64,000 nt of DNA from Opitutia bacterium. GTDB taxonomy: Bacteria > Verrucomicrobiota > Verrucomicrobiia > Opitutales > T3Sed10-336. This document shows, in pieces, positions 49,215 to 59,562 of the stretch (the stretch's first letter is position 1; each line of letters begins with the position of its first letter). The stretch spans positions 96,001 through 160,000 of the forward strand of contig JBJHCF010000003.1 in the NCBI GenBank assembly GCA_050506795.1. Direction: 5' to 3'. Both the position numbers and the translations under genes were made by a program. The notes beneath the pieces are model-generated. The model had not been told where the DNA came from, did not search any database, and worked only from the letters and a program-made list of their open reading frames with translations.

Positions 49215-51018
49215 ATCCTGCCGGCAACTGGCCGACGATGTGGAACGGCATGCCGGCGTTCTCGGGCTGGAATGGGAGGACCTTGCCGTCGTCCTGCGGA
49301 TGTGCGAGGATTTCCGGCGCTCCTGCGAAGAGGTCGCCGGAAACCGCGGCATCGATCATGTCACCATCGCGTTCACCGGTCCAAAAAATTCCGGCAAAAC
49401 CCGTCTGTTGTCGCTTTTCCTCACAGGGGAGGGCGTCCGGCGGCGATTGCGGGTCGGGTACGGGCGTTCCGACGCCACCGAAAAAGTCACCTGGATCGGG
49501 CCGCGTCCCCCCGGCGACCTGCTCGAAGAGAGCGAAGCTCACATCCCCTGCCACCAGGAGGATCTGGTCGACCTGGGATTCCCCTATACCCTGGTTGATG
49601 TGCCGGGCCTGAACGAAGCGGAGGAGCGTCGGTCGGAGGCCGCGGTACGCGCGCTGGACAGCGCGCTGGTCAAGGTGTTGGTCACCGCCCAGCGCGAACT
49701 GGAAGACAAGGCGCTGGGAAGCTACCTGGCGCGGGCCGATGGCAGCATGATCCTTCCGGTAATCAATTTTGTGCGCGCCGAACCGCCTCGGGAGGATATC
49801 GACGAGTTTCAGGCCATGTTGCGACAGGTATTGCCGCACAGCGAGGTGCGACCGCCGGTGTTGGTGCGTGACGGAGCCATCGCAGGTCGCGAGGAGGGAG
49901 GCGCCGGCGGCGGGGAGATCCTCCAGCGAGACGCGGATAATCTGCGCCGCGCGATACGCGAAGCGGCCGGACCGCGGCGTTTGCGGGATTTACCGCAGGC
50001 GCGGTTGAATCGGAAGTATCGGCAGTTTAAGGACGACATGGGCCGTTTTATGGCGGAGCGCCTGCCCGCCAGCCGGCGGGCATTGGAAGCTTTGCGCGAA
50101 TCGGAGGAAGGGTTGCCGCAGGAGACCCTGGGGCATTTGTTGGGGGCGGACCGGAACCTCCGCGCCGGGGTTCGCCAGCGGCTGCGCGCCACCCTGTTGC
50201 AGCGCACGCCATACGTTTTGTTTCCCTGGCGGGCGGCGCTGGCGCTGGCGAACCTGCTGCACGGTGCGGTGGAGCGGGTTCCGCTCGCTCTCATGGGCAG
50301 CATTCCGGCCTGGGTTTCCGGCGCCTTTACCGCCGCCCGCAATGTCAAGGGGGCCCGCGATTTCAACCGAGGCGTGGAAAGCGGTGTGCGCGGTTACGTG
50401 GAGGGCGCCGTGCGCGAAAAGATCCTCCCCAAAGTCCGCGACCTGGAATTTGTGCTCCAACGTGAGGTGCGGGCGGGCCGTGAGGAAATTCCGACCACCC
50501 CGACGGATCTGCAGGTGAAAATATCCGGGCTGGACAACCTGCAATCACGCTCTTCGGAAATCTTTCATTCCGCGGTGGAGCGGTGGTCCCCCTCCCGCGG
50601 CGCGGCGACTCTGATTGGTCTTGTCGGATTTCTGGTTTTCTGGGGATTCTTTGCCTGGCCGGTCTACGGGTTGTATCTGGATTTCTTCGACGCCGTGCGC
50701 GGACTTTGGGTTGACGAAGGCGGCGCCTCCGGCCGTTTTCCTTCGGCGCCTTTCGGGATGCTGGGAACCAGTTTGCTGCTGGCATTGTTGCCCATGGGAT
50801 TCTTCATGCTCGCTTCGGTTTCGCTTTTGATCCGGCCCGGAAGGGTGACTTCCTGCCTGGAGCAAATCCGTAGCGGACATAGCCGCGCGGTGGCCGAACT
50901 GGTCGATGCCGGACTTCTGAGAATCAAAGTCGAACAACCGCGCATCGACGCCTGCCTTTTCCTGCTCAAGCTGGCTCCGCAGGAAGCGGAGGAGAACTCC
51001 TCGGACCATCAGGCTTGA
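49195..51018 (+). CDS. Second P-loop GTPase with C-terminal TM segments (dynamin-like)
   Basis: RBS GGGAGG before ATG 49195; G1 GPKNSGKT, G3 DVPG, two TM helices near the C-terminus; overlaps the upstream gene. Confidence 0.6.
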   Translation: MSPTPLESCRQLADDVERHAGVLGLEWEDLAVVLRMCEDFRRSCEEVAGNRGIDHVTIAFTGPKNSGKTRLLSLFLTGEGVRRRLRVGYGRSDATEKVTWIGPRPPGDLLEESEAHIPCHQEDLVDLGFPYTLVDVPGLNEAEERRSEAAVRALDSALVKVLVTAQRELEDKALGSYLARADGSMILPVINFVRAEPPREDIDEFQAMLRQVLPHSEVRPPVLVRDGAIAGREEGGAGGGEILQRDADNLRRAIREAAGPRRLRDLPQARLNRKYRQFKDDMGRFMAERLPASRRALEALRESEEGLPQETLGHLLGADRNLRAGVRQRLRATLLQRTPYVLFPWRAALALANLLHGAVERVPLALMGSIPAWVSGAFTAARNVKGARDFNRGVESGVRGYVEGAVREKILPKVRDLEFVLQREVRAGREEIPTTPTDLQVKISGLDNLQSRSSEIFHSAVERWSPSRGAATLIGLVGFLVFWGFFAWPVYGLYLDFFDAVRGLWVDEGGASGRFPSAPFGMLGTSLLLALLPMGFFMLASVSLLIRPGRVTSCLEQIRSGHSRAVAELVDAGLLRIKVEQPRIDACLFLLKLAPQEAEENSSDHQA

Positions 51019-51166
51019 GTCGGATAAGAGTTCGTGAAGGGCTTCAGTTTCGCATTTCACGAAACCTTTGGAATTGAGTTTCGAAATCGCGGAAAGAACG
51101 ATCAGGTCCTCTTTGGCCTACGGCGGGATCTCCGAAGACTCTTTTTGTCCTAGGGATTGTTCCAGT

Positions 51167-54100
51167 GTTTCCAAGCCACTTGGGTGCGATAGCGACAACC
51201 GGGCCAAGGCGGCATGGGACCGGCTCAAGAGGTTTCCAAGCCACTTGGGTGCGATAGCGACGGATTGCCGGAAGGGCTGGCGGCCATGTATTATGGAGTT
51301 TCCAAGCCACTTGGGTGCGATAGCGACGCTTCCGGGACTTGCTGCTGCTGATCCGTCTCTTGAGTTTCCAAGCCACTTGGGTGCGATAGCGACGGGAAAC
51401 GCATACCTGTTTAACTTTTCGTGCGAGGATGTTTCCAAGCCACTTGGGTGCGATAGCGACGATGCAGCAGTCGATCCCCGGGATAGGGCAATACGTGTTT
51501 CCAAGCCACTTGGGTGCGATAGCGACCGAACGCGGGCTATTTGCAGACGCTGAAGCGTACGGGTTTCCAAGCCACTTGGGTGCGATAGCGACGGCCGGCC
51601 GCTACTCACCAAAGCCGGAGCGCTGAAAAGTTTCCAAGCCACTTGGGTGCGATAGCGACCGTTTTCCCTTCGCGCCGGGAGGGGCGGGTTTCACCGTTTC
51701 CAAGCCACTTGGGTGCGATAGCGACACGACCCCGGCCGCGTTCCGCGTCAATGCGGTAAACGTTTCCAAGCCACTTGGGTGCGATAGCGACCCTGGAGTA
51801 CAAGCGTGCTGCCTGGCATCCCGCAACGTTTCCAAGCCACTTGGGTGCGATAGCGACGCAGGAACTGCGTCAGGCGGTGGCGGCGGATCCGTTGTTTCCA
51901 AGCCACTTGGGTGCGATAGCGACACCGACGAGGATTTCGTGCGCTGGGATGGCGCGATCGTTTCCAAGCCACTTGGGTGCGATAGCGACGCAACTTTCGT
52001 AGTCAGGGCGGGTTGGGTCTTGGAGCGTTTCCAAGCCACTTGGGTGCGATAGCGACGATTCGGGGTTGTTCCTGCTCTTTCTGGAGAGTTCGGGTTTCCA
52101 AGCCACTTGGGTGCGATAGCGACGGCCTCGGAAGGGAAAGGATGGATGAGAATTAGGGAGGTTTCCAAGCCACTTGGGTGCGATAGCGACGATTCGGGGT
52201 TGTTCCTGCTCTTTCTGGAGAGTTCGGGTTTCCAAGCCACTTGGGTGCGATAGCGACTTACCGACGATTTCGACCATGACGACGGCACGTTCACGTTTCC
52301 AAGCCACTTGGGTGCGATAGCGACGGTCCAAAAGGTGGTTTCTTTGCGCTGGCGGGCCAAGTTTCCAAGCCACTTGGGTGCGATAGCGACGGCGCCATCG
52401 CCGAGTGGATGAATGTCCAGAGCGAAGTTTCCAAGCCACTTGGGTGCGATAGCGACCCGGAACATTTGATGGGGCGCGATCCGACATTGAGATGTTTCCA
52501 AGCCACTTGGGTGCGATAGCGACGAGCCATACAAGGGAACCCTGGCACTGACGGTTCTAGTTTCCAAGCCACTTGGGTGCGATAGCGACCCGGCCGTCGC
52601 CGCGATGGACCAGGCGCTCACCAACAGTTTCCAAGCCACTTGGGTGCGATAGCGACGGAGAGCGTCGGCGGCCCGGTAGTAGAGATCCGTATGTTTCCAA
52701 GCCACTTGGGTGCGATAGCGACGACGAGCAGCCCATCACCCCGCAAAACCTTTCCGAGGTTTCCAAGCCACTTGGGTGCGATAGCGACAGGTTGTCCACC
52801 ACCGGCGCGTCGCCGCCCGTCGGGGTTTCCAAGCCACTTGGGTGCGATAGCGACTTCCCGCTCCATGGCGGGCGGATCGGCGAGAGTTGCAGTTTCCAAG
52901 CCACTTGGGTGCGATAGCGACCGTGCTGATGCCCACCAAAACGGCCAGGATCTGGTGTTTCCAAGCCACTTGGGTGCGATAGCGACCACGCACCTCCCTC
53001 AGTGTTTTGTAGGCGCTCCTGGGTTTCCAAGCCACTTGGGTGCGATAGCGACATCCCGAGGTAAATGAGATTGCGCAGTTCTGAAGGAGTTTCCAAGCCA
53101 CTTGGGTGCGATAGCGACCCCACCTGGTCATTCGGCCGCGAGGGCAACCAGATAAGTTTCCAAGCCACTTGGGTGCGATAGCGACCTGAGAGCGGCGAGG
53201 ACGAAGAGGAAGAGGATTACAGTTTCCAAGCCACTTGGGTGCGATAGCGACGGAGATTCGGTGAGATCGTAATTCAAACTCTCCAATGTTTCCAAGCCAC
53301 TTGGGTGCGATAGCGACATCGAGGAGAGGCGACGGACGGACGGGCAATACACGTTTCCAAGCCACTTGGGTGCGATAGCGACCCTGGCCGCCGATCTCCG
53401 CGAGGCGATCGATCACCGTTTCCAAGCCACTTGGGTGCGATAGCGACCAAGTGAGAGAGGATGCGGCTCTGCGTCAACAAATGTTTCCAAGCCACTTGGG
53501 TGCGATAGCGACGACCGGTTTCGGGGTGCCCTGGTTGCCGGTGATCGGGGTTTCCAAGCCACTTGGGTGCGATAGCGACGAGCCTTCCGTTGCTCACGAA
53601 GGATCGGCTCAATCTGTTTCCAAGCCACTTGGGTGCGATAGCGACGGCAAACTCGCTCGGATTCGCGCCGCCATTGCCGGAGTTTCCAAGCCACTTGGGT
53701 GCGATAGCGACGCGGTCGCGGGCGTGTTTGCGGGTGAGTTGTTCGAGTTTCCAAGCCACTTGGGTGCGATAGCGACGGTGAAAAACCCGCCTCTAAACGG
53801 GCAGGAACGCAAGTTTCCAAGCCACTTGGGTGCGATAGCGACCCGCGCAACCCTCGGCGTCATCATCCCAGACCTTCATCGTTTCCAAGCCACTTGGGTG
53901 CGATAGCGACTCGGAACGATGCTCGCCCTGACCCGAACCGTTTCGCGTTTCCAAGCCACTTGGGTGCGATAGCGACCCTGGGAGGTTTTGCGGAGTTTTG
54001 AGTGGCTGTCTGTTTCCAAGCCACTTGGGTGCGATAGCGACTACGGGTCCGGGGATCGGTCTGGGCGATTACCTGGGTTTCCAAGCCACTTGGGTGCGAT

Positions 54101-54306
54101 AGCGACTCAAACAGGCGGAGCCGGTCGACTCTCCCGGATCGGTGTTTCCAAGCCACTTGGGTGCGATAGCGACGCGCGAAACGTCGGGGACATGCGGGGA
54201 GGCGGGAGGAGTTTCCAAGCCACTTGGGTGCGATAGCGACTTCGGCAGCTTGGCTCGGGATCGAATTGTTTCTTTTGTTTCCAAGCCACTTGGGTGCGAT
54301 AGCGAC
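51167..54306 (-). CRISPR. CRISPR array: 48 identical 30-bp repeats and 47 spacers of about 35-38 bp
   Basis: Repeat GTCGCTATCGCACCCAAGTGGCTTGGAAAC (minus strand; GTTTCCAAGCCACTTGGGTGCGATAGCGAC on plus), counted by hand. Orientation inferred from the GAAAC 3' end and the leader next to cas2. Confidence 0.98.
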
Positions 54307-54452
54307 CCCGCGATTCTGGCGGGATCTGGATAGCAAAAGCCTTTTGGAATGCGGTTTGCGCGGTATGTTCGATTTAGGTTTGACTCAATTTTCTCTGTCG
54401 ATCCCCGGTGATGTTTTCACGTTCCCGTTCAGTCATAATGTGCATTGGTTGG
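54307..54452 (-). promoter_or_regulatory. CRISPR leader
   Basis: Non-coding segment between cas2 and the first repeat; contains TGTCGATCCCC, resembling type I-B leader motifs. Confidence 0.7.
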
Positions 54453-54713
54453 TCAGAGGATATTGGAAACATGTCCTTCGCCCGTGCCAAGTTCTTCTTT
54501 TTCGAGCATCTTTTCGTTATCGACCTTAAAGAAGACGATGTAGCTACTCGGATGGCGTACTTTTTTCAGGAGATGCTTGATTTCAACATATTGAGCTTCA
54601 GTCACGTTTCCTTCGAAAACGGAACGTTGATTCCACATCAAATGCTTTTTCAGTGACTTGTGGAGCTTCGCGCAGTTTTTCCGGTCCGTGTCGTAAACAA
54701 TAATCAGATACAT
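54453..54713 (-). CDS. cas2: Cas2
   Basis: MYLIIVYD...KHLMWNQRSVFEG. Confidence 0.95.
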   Translation of the reverse strand: MYLIIVYDTDRKNCAKLHKSLKKHLMWNQRSVFEGNVTEAQYVEIKHLLKKVRHPSSYIVFFKVDNEKMLEKEELGTGEGHVSNIL

Positions 54714-54752
54714 CGAGAATACGGTTCAAAGTTTCAATTCTCAGGTTCGTGT

Positions 54753-55799
54753 TCAGTAGTTGATTCGGTGAGGTTCGTAGGGCGCGTCTTCCAAAAGGTG
54801 CTTGATCAGCTTGTAGCAGTCGAGCCGGAGCAATTGTCGGTAGGAAACATGACGATTCAGCCGCGGGTGCGCGACAGTCGTCTTCAAGAGTTCGTCCCAG
54901 CGTTCAAGGATTTTCTTCCGCGAGGCATCCTTGAGAAGGACTCCGTTTGAGTGGGCGTGAAAATCGGAGGCGCCGATCTCCTGTCGGTCCCATAGGCGGA
55001 ATAGAAGGCGGTCGACCAGCATGGGTTTGAAGGGTTCGACCAAATCGAGGGCGAGGGAGAAGCGACGAGACTGGGGGGAATGGAGATAGCTGATCCCCGG
55101 GTAAAGGGCGGTCCGGTAGAGTTCGGACACCATGGCGGTGTAGAGAAGAGAATTCAGAAACGAGATGAGGGCGTTGAGGGGGTTGTCGGGCGGGTGGTAC
55201 TTGCGAGTGAATTTTTGGCCGGAGTCCGGGAGCCAATGTCTCCAGCATCCGTAGTAGTAGCGGCGTGCGGAGCCTTCCAATCCCATTTGACCGTCGGTAT
55301 CCGGGGTCTGGTCGATCTGGTTCCGGAGGGCTTCGCTTTTCGATATTTCGGCGGCGACATCGGCGCCGCGTCGCTGATAGTACCGGAGATTCGACAGGAG
55401 ATTCCGAAAGGTTGCGTGCAGAATCTTTCCGGAAATATGAAGGCGCCGTTGCGGATCGCGGAACGCCTCCCCCTGGCGGATCACAAGGTCGCCGGAGAGT
55501 TGTTCTCCGTGGGGCAGAAACGTCCCGGAATGGTGACCGTAGTAATTAAAGAAGTGAACGGGAATTTTCTTTTGGGCGAGAAAGTTGAGCAGCTTCGAAT
55601 TTAGGGAGGTTTCGCCGAAAACGTAAATCGCATCGACGCTTTCGACCGGGAGGTGAACGCGTTTGTCGTGAGCGCCGTCTTCGAGTATGGGCGAATCTTC
55701 GTCGGAAAAAACGCTGTCTTCGGACAGGGTAACCAGTTCGAAGGTCAGACTGTTGTCTTTACGCCGCAGCCGTCCGGATCGTGTCAGGTAAAGGTTCAT
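54753..55799 (-). CDS. cas1: Cas1 (type I-B)
   Basis: FFNYYGHHSGTF, MGLEG, PPDNPLNALISFLNSLLY, SYLH, SLALDLVEPFKP. Confidence 0.95.
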   Translation of the reverse strand: MNLYLTRSGRLRRKDNSLTFELVTLSEDSVFSDEDSPILEDGAHDKRVHLPVESVDAIYVFGETSLNSKLLNFLAQKKIPVHFFNYYGHHSGTFLPHGEQLSGDLVIRQGEAFRDPQRRLHISGKILHATFRNLLSNLRYYQRRGADVAAEISKSEALRNQIDQTPDTDGQMGLEGSARRYYYGCWRHWLPDSGQKFTRKYHPPDNPLNALISFLNSLLYTAMVSELYRTALYPGISYLHSPQSRRFSLALDLVEPFKPMLVDRLLFRLWDRQEIGASDFHAHSNGVLLKDASRKKILERWDELLKTTVAHPRLNRHVSYRQLLRLDCYKLIKHLLEDAPYEPHRINY

Positions 55800-55911
55800 T
55801 CGGGCTTTGAATTTTGGATCGCGGATTTTCGATTACACAAGGGGAACGGATGTATTGATGGCGGAGGGCAGATGAACGTTCAAGCAAGCTGGAAGCATGC
55901 TCAACTTTCGT

Positions 55912-56418
55912 TCAGGAAAAACAAAATTCGAAGAAGGCGCAGCTCTTGCAGTAAGGAAGTTTCACGACCGATGGAGGGCGGTCCCGGGAGATGACTTGCC
56001 GGGCTTCGGCCAGGGCGTCCTCTACCTCCCGATGGAACGCGCCGTTCCACTCGATCTCCTTCGTTCGTTTTTGTTTGGGATAATGAATGCGGGCGCCGCG
56101 GATGTCGATGCCGTGGTCACGCATCCACACCATGTAGTACTTGACCTGAAGCTCGTCGGCGTAAGCCGGCGTTTTACCTTTCTTGGTCTCGTGAAGTATC
56201 CCTTGTTTGAACTCCGCCCAATCGATCACGCCGACATCGCCGAGGGGAATGTCCTTTTCCTTCCGGTCGAAAGTCGAGTTTTGGATGTGCTTCCCGATCT
56301 TCACGTTGACGTGAGCGTTTTCCGGCTTGATGCCGTGTGTGTGCAGCCAGAGTTTGCGGCGGCAGATTTTCAGGTAGGTCAGCGCCGTGGCGGTAACGGG
56401 AGCGGGCGGGCTTGACAT
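55912..56418 (-). CDS. cas4: Cas4
   Basis: ICRRKLWL, GKHIQ, ETKK, QVKYY, CKSCAFFEFC Fe-S motif; start 56418 or 56424. Confidence 0.93.
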   Translation of the reverse strand: MSSPPAPVTATALTYLKICRRKLWLHTHGIKPENAHVNVKIGKHIQNSTFDRKEKDIPLGDVGVIDWAEFKQGILHETKKGKTPAYADELQVKYYMVWMRDHGIDIRGARIHYPKQKRTKEIEWNGAFHREVEDALAEARQVISRDRPPSVVKLPYCKSCAFFEFCFS

Positions 56419-56449
56419 GGCCATGTTTTTAGAGGAACCTGGCCATGCG

Positions 56450-56785
56450 ATGCAAGTGAAAACCGCGGAGTTAAAAAACAACCTGAGCAAGTATCTGCGA
56501 CGAGTGCGGGAGACCGGGGAGTCGATAACCGTTTGCGACCGGGACAGGCCGGTGGCGGTTCTTTCGCCGTTGCCGGCGGAGCAAGTCGAGGTGGTGGAGA
56601 ATCGCGAATGGCTGAAGGAGCGGGAACGGATATTGAAGAAAGCGAAGCGGTTCGGCGTTCGCCTCACCATGCCCAAAAAGAAGCCGCGACCGATGCGGGA
56701 ACTCGGGATTTATCCGACGGTGGCGCCGGACGGGCGGACGGACATCAAGACGATCGACCTGGTGCGCGGCGGACGCGATTATTGA
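56450..56785 (+). CDS. vapB: Phd/YefM family antitoxin
   Basis: MQVKTAELKNNLSKYLRRVRETGESITVCDRDRPVAVLSP; directly upstream of a PIN gene. Confidence 0.85.
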   Translation: MQVKTAELKNNLSKYLRRVRETGESITVCDRDRPVAVLSPLPAEQVEVVENREWLKERERILKKAKRFGVRLTMPKKKPRPMRELGIYPTVAPDGRTDIKTIDLVRGGRDY

Positions 56786-56791
56786 GGAGCG

Positions 56792-57193
56792 ATGGTAACC
56801 TACTGGGACACGAGCGCGCTGCTCGCCTTGCTTTTCGAAGAAGTGCATTCCGCTCGGGCAAAGGCGGCCAACGACCGGACTGATTCCTTCCTTGCCTGGC
56901 GATGGATCGAAGTTGAGGCGCGCCTCGGGTGCGACCGACGAAACGCAAATCCGATCCAGCTGGATTTTCTCGACCGGTGGTTGAGCAACGCGGAATACGC
57001 AAATCTTCAGGAAGACGACTATCCCGTACTGATCGACCTCGGTCTCCGCCACAAACTCCGCGCTGCCGACGCCGGACACCTGCACTCCCTTCTCCAGGTC
57101 CGCCGCCTCTTTCCCGAGATCGCTTTTGTCTGCTTCGACGAAGCCCTGACCGCCGCCGCGAAGGCGGAAGGAGTTGCGGTTTGGGAGGGGTGA
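56792..57193 (+). CDS. vapC: PIN-domain VapC toxin
   Basis: YWDTSALLALLFEE, LRAADAGHL, FVCFDEALTAAAKAEG. Confidence 0.9.
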   Translation: MVTYWDTSALLALLFEEVHSARAKAANDRTDSFLAWRWIEVEARLGCDRRNANPIQLDFLDRWLSNAEYANLQEDDYPVLIDLGLRHKLRAADAGHLHSLLQVRRLFPEIAFVCFDEALTAAAKAEGVAVWEG

Positions 57194-57207
57194 GTGGGCG
57201 CAGTCAG

Positions 57208-59562
57208 TTATATTACGATTCCTGGGCCTCCCACAGGCGTTTCAGAAAATTCCAAACCTCGATCAGCACTGTAAGGCTGGTCCGCCAACATAATTCGGTG
57301 TTCGGAACAGCGTGTGATCAATTGCTTGGCGCTCAGCATCCTGAAATGACCGTGCGAAATTGGAACCGTTAACATCCCGGCCTCAAGGTATCTTCCTTCG
57401 GCATGAAGCTCCAGGAATTCCTGGAAGAGAGATGATGGAAGAATTTCAGTTCCGTCGAAAAGGGCTTCGAACTGCTCAACGGCATCTTCGTCGGACTGGA
57501 ACGCGATCAGCCGCTTCGAACCACAAATGCTCTCGAACGCTTCAATACCATTTTCAATACACTCTTCGATTATTTGCCGTTCCGGAGCGTAGATTTCATC
57601 CAGCCATTCCGACACCGTTGCTTCATCCAAGATTTCCCCATCATGTTTTTTTAAGTGTTCGACCGTCCGATGAAGCAGAGCCTCCTGCCCATAAGGACGT
57701 CTCCAATCCACAGGTTCATTGAAAACGATGACAGGGCGGTGATCGTGTAACCGCCGGCGATTAACCCGCCCAAAACGCTGAAAGAGAGCTTCCAATGGGG
57801 CGGGTTCGGTGAACAGAACATCAAAGTCCACGTCCAGGCTTACCTCGACAACTTGCGTAGCTGCCACAATCAACCCCTTTCCGTCCTGAGAATTCGTGCA
57901 TTTTAAAACGTAATCCTCTTTTTCAAAGCGATCACGTGCGGTAAACCGGCTATGAAGCAGCAACACTTCCAGTTGATCCTCTGATTCGCGAAGCGCTGAA
58001 AAAACCTCTTGCGCCGTCTTAACCATATTGGCGACGACCAGAACTTTCATTCCTAGCCGGGCTTTTATCAGAATTTCTTGTATTGATGCCTCAGCCGTTA
58101 CTGGACCACTTATGACCGTCATGCGATGCCGCTTGAATTCTTCGAATAATGCAGGCGCTGCTTCCACTTTCGCGCATGGGGCTAGTGCCTCGGCGCAGCG
58201 TTCGTTGAGCCAAGTCGGCATGGTAGCCGACATGCAAAGGATCCGGCCCTGGCACTGCTCGCGTAGAGCTCGAAGCAGCCCGAGTATCAGGCCAAGGCGC
58301 TTCGGCTCGTAGCCATGAATTTCGTCGAGGATGAACCGGCCATGTCGCAGCATAAGCCATTGGGCTTCGTAACCGGGCAGCCGAAATGCCGCTCGCAGGA
58401 GCTGGTAAGGAGTGGCGACCATCACGGGGTTTGTGGCCAATTTCGAAAGCGAACGACTTTGCTTTGCCCGATGAGACGCTGTAAGAAAGTCCACACCCTG
58501 TTCGTCCAGGTCCCGATAAAGCGCAGCCGTGGCGCGACTGTGTAAAAGAGCGGTTTGTGCTTCGCCAAATTCGTATCTGTCACGAATTCGTTGATACATG
58601 GCATTGATGCTCGCTTGAAACGGAAGGACATAAAATAGTGATGGCGCACCCGCCGCCGTTTCCAGATTCCGTTTTGCCCAGAATAGAGCCGCTTCGGTCT
58701 TGCCACTTCCCGTCGGAGCTCGCAGGAGGACGTTTCCTTCGATTTCTCCACACTCGCGTTGGTGTTCAAACCAGTCGGTCCGTGTGCGCGCCAAGAATTC
58801 GATTCTCTCCAAATTTGGCTTGGAAAGCGTCTCGGCACCAGCACTGGCGAGACGGTCGGCTTCGAGGATTAGCCCGCGCAGGACTAGAAGCTGACGACGG
58901 AGACGGGGGTTACCGTTCCTGTTGCGAAAAGACGATTTCTGTTCTTTGAAAAGGCAATCGAAAATTCTCAAAGCCGCTTGGATCAGTTCAGGTGCTTTCT
59001 GAAAGAAACCAGCAAGCTCCTTTTGGCTGAAAGCTAAGCACGTCGCCGGAAGATCTCCGACAACGGCAGATCGAGCGGTGTCTGCCTCTTCCACCGTCCA
59101 CCGCCAAAGAGCGTCGATAATATCGTAGGAGATTTCCGAGCGCCATCTTTCATCTATAACGGATTCGGAAATCTCCGGTTGATCGGTTATGTAAGTTCGT
59201 TCGATAAAATCATGGTCGCGGTGATGGGAAACGACCGCCGCGGCCGCGAACTTGAACTCTTCGCTGTCCGGCTCAAACACCCAAGCTAAGAACGGCAGAG
59301 ACAAAACCTCATGGCGATATCCCCAAGGGGTCTTCGTCCGCAGTTGGCGCTGGAACCCGGGAGCCGCTTTCCCGAAATCATGAAACCAAACTGCCCAAGA
59401 GACGATTTGCCATAGTTGCGGGAGTTCGATCTCGTCCGCTAAAGCCGGTAATCGCTGGCGCAACTGCCCCAAGCGACGCATTACTTGCCGGGTATGTTCA
59501 GGTAGCGTCTCGCCGCCTGGCACAGGGCTTTTGGCGTAGAACCTTTCTGCCTCAATCGGCAT
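57208..59562 (-). CDS. cas3: Cas3 HD nuclease-helicase
   Basis: FHDFGKA, RHEVLS, SHH, EADRLAS; APTGSGKT, LDEIH, MSAT, QRFGRVNR; start 59562 or 59583. Confidence 0.95.
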   Translation of the reverse strand: MPIEAERFYAKSPVPGGETLPEHTRQVMRRLGQLRQRLPALADEIELPQLWQIVSWAVWFHDFGKAAPGFQRQLRTKTPWGYRHEVLSLPFLAWVFEPDSEEFKFAAAAVVSHHRDHDFIERTYITDQPEISESVIDERWRSEISYDIIDALWRWTVEEADTARSAVVGDLPATCLAFSQKELAGFFQKAPELIQAALRIFDCLFKEQKSSFRNRNGNPRLRRQLLVLRGLILEADRLASAGAETLSKPNLERIEFLARTRTDWFEHQRECGEIEGNVLLRAPTGSGKTEAALFWAKRNLETAAGAPSLFYVLPFQASINAMYQRIRDRYEFGEAQTALLHSRATAALYRDLDEQGVDFLTASHRAKQSRSLSKLATNPVMVATPYQLLRAAFRLPGYEAQWLMLRHGRFILDEIHGYEPKRLGLILGLLRALREQCQGRILCMSATMPTWLNERCAEALAPCAKVEAAPALFEEFKRHRMTVISGPVTAEASIQEILIKARLGMKVLVVANMVKTAQEVFSALRESEDQLEVLLLHSRFTARDRFEKEDYVLKCTNSQDGKGLIVAATQVVEVSLDVDFDVLFTEPAPLEALFQRFGRVNRRRLHDHRPVIVFNEPVDWRRPYGQEALLHRTVEHLKKHDGEILDEATVSEWLDEIYAPERQIIEECIENGIEAFESICGSKRLIAFQSDEDAVEQFEALFDGTEILPSSLFQEFLELHAEGRYLEAGMLTVPISHGHFRMLSAKQLITRCSEHRIMLADQPYSADRGLEFSETPVGGPGIVI

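Noticed and set aside
51090..51166. Degenerate terminal repeat beyond the array end
   Set aside because: No convincing similarity at the expected 66-bp spacing.
51044..54529. Many ORFs with repeated VAIAPKWLGN / SLSHPSGLET / FPSHLGAIAT peptides
   Set aside because: These are translations of the CRISPR repeat, not proteins.
56419..56676. Long N-terminal extension of Cas4 (254-aa ORF)
   Set aside because: It is antisense overlap with vapB; Cas4 homology starts near 56418.
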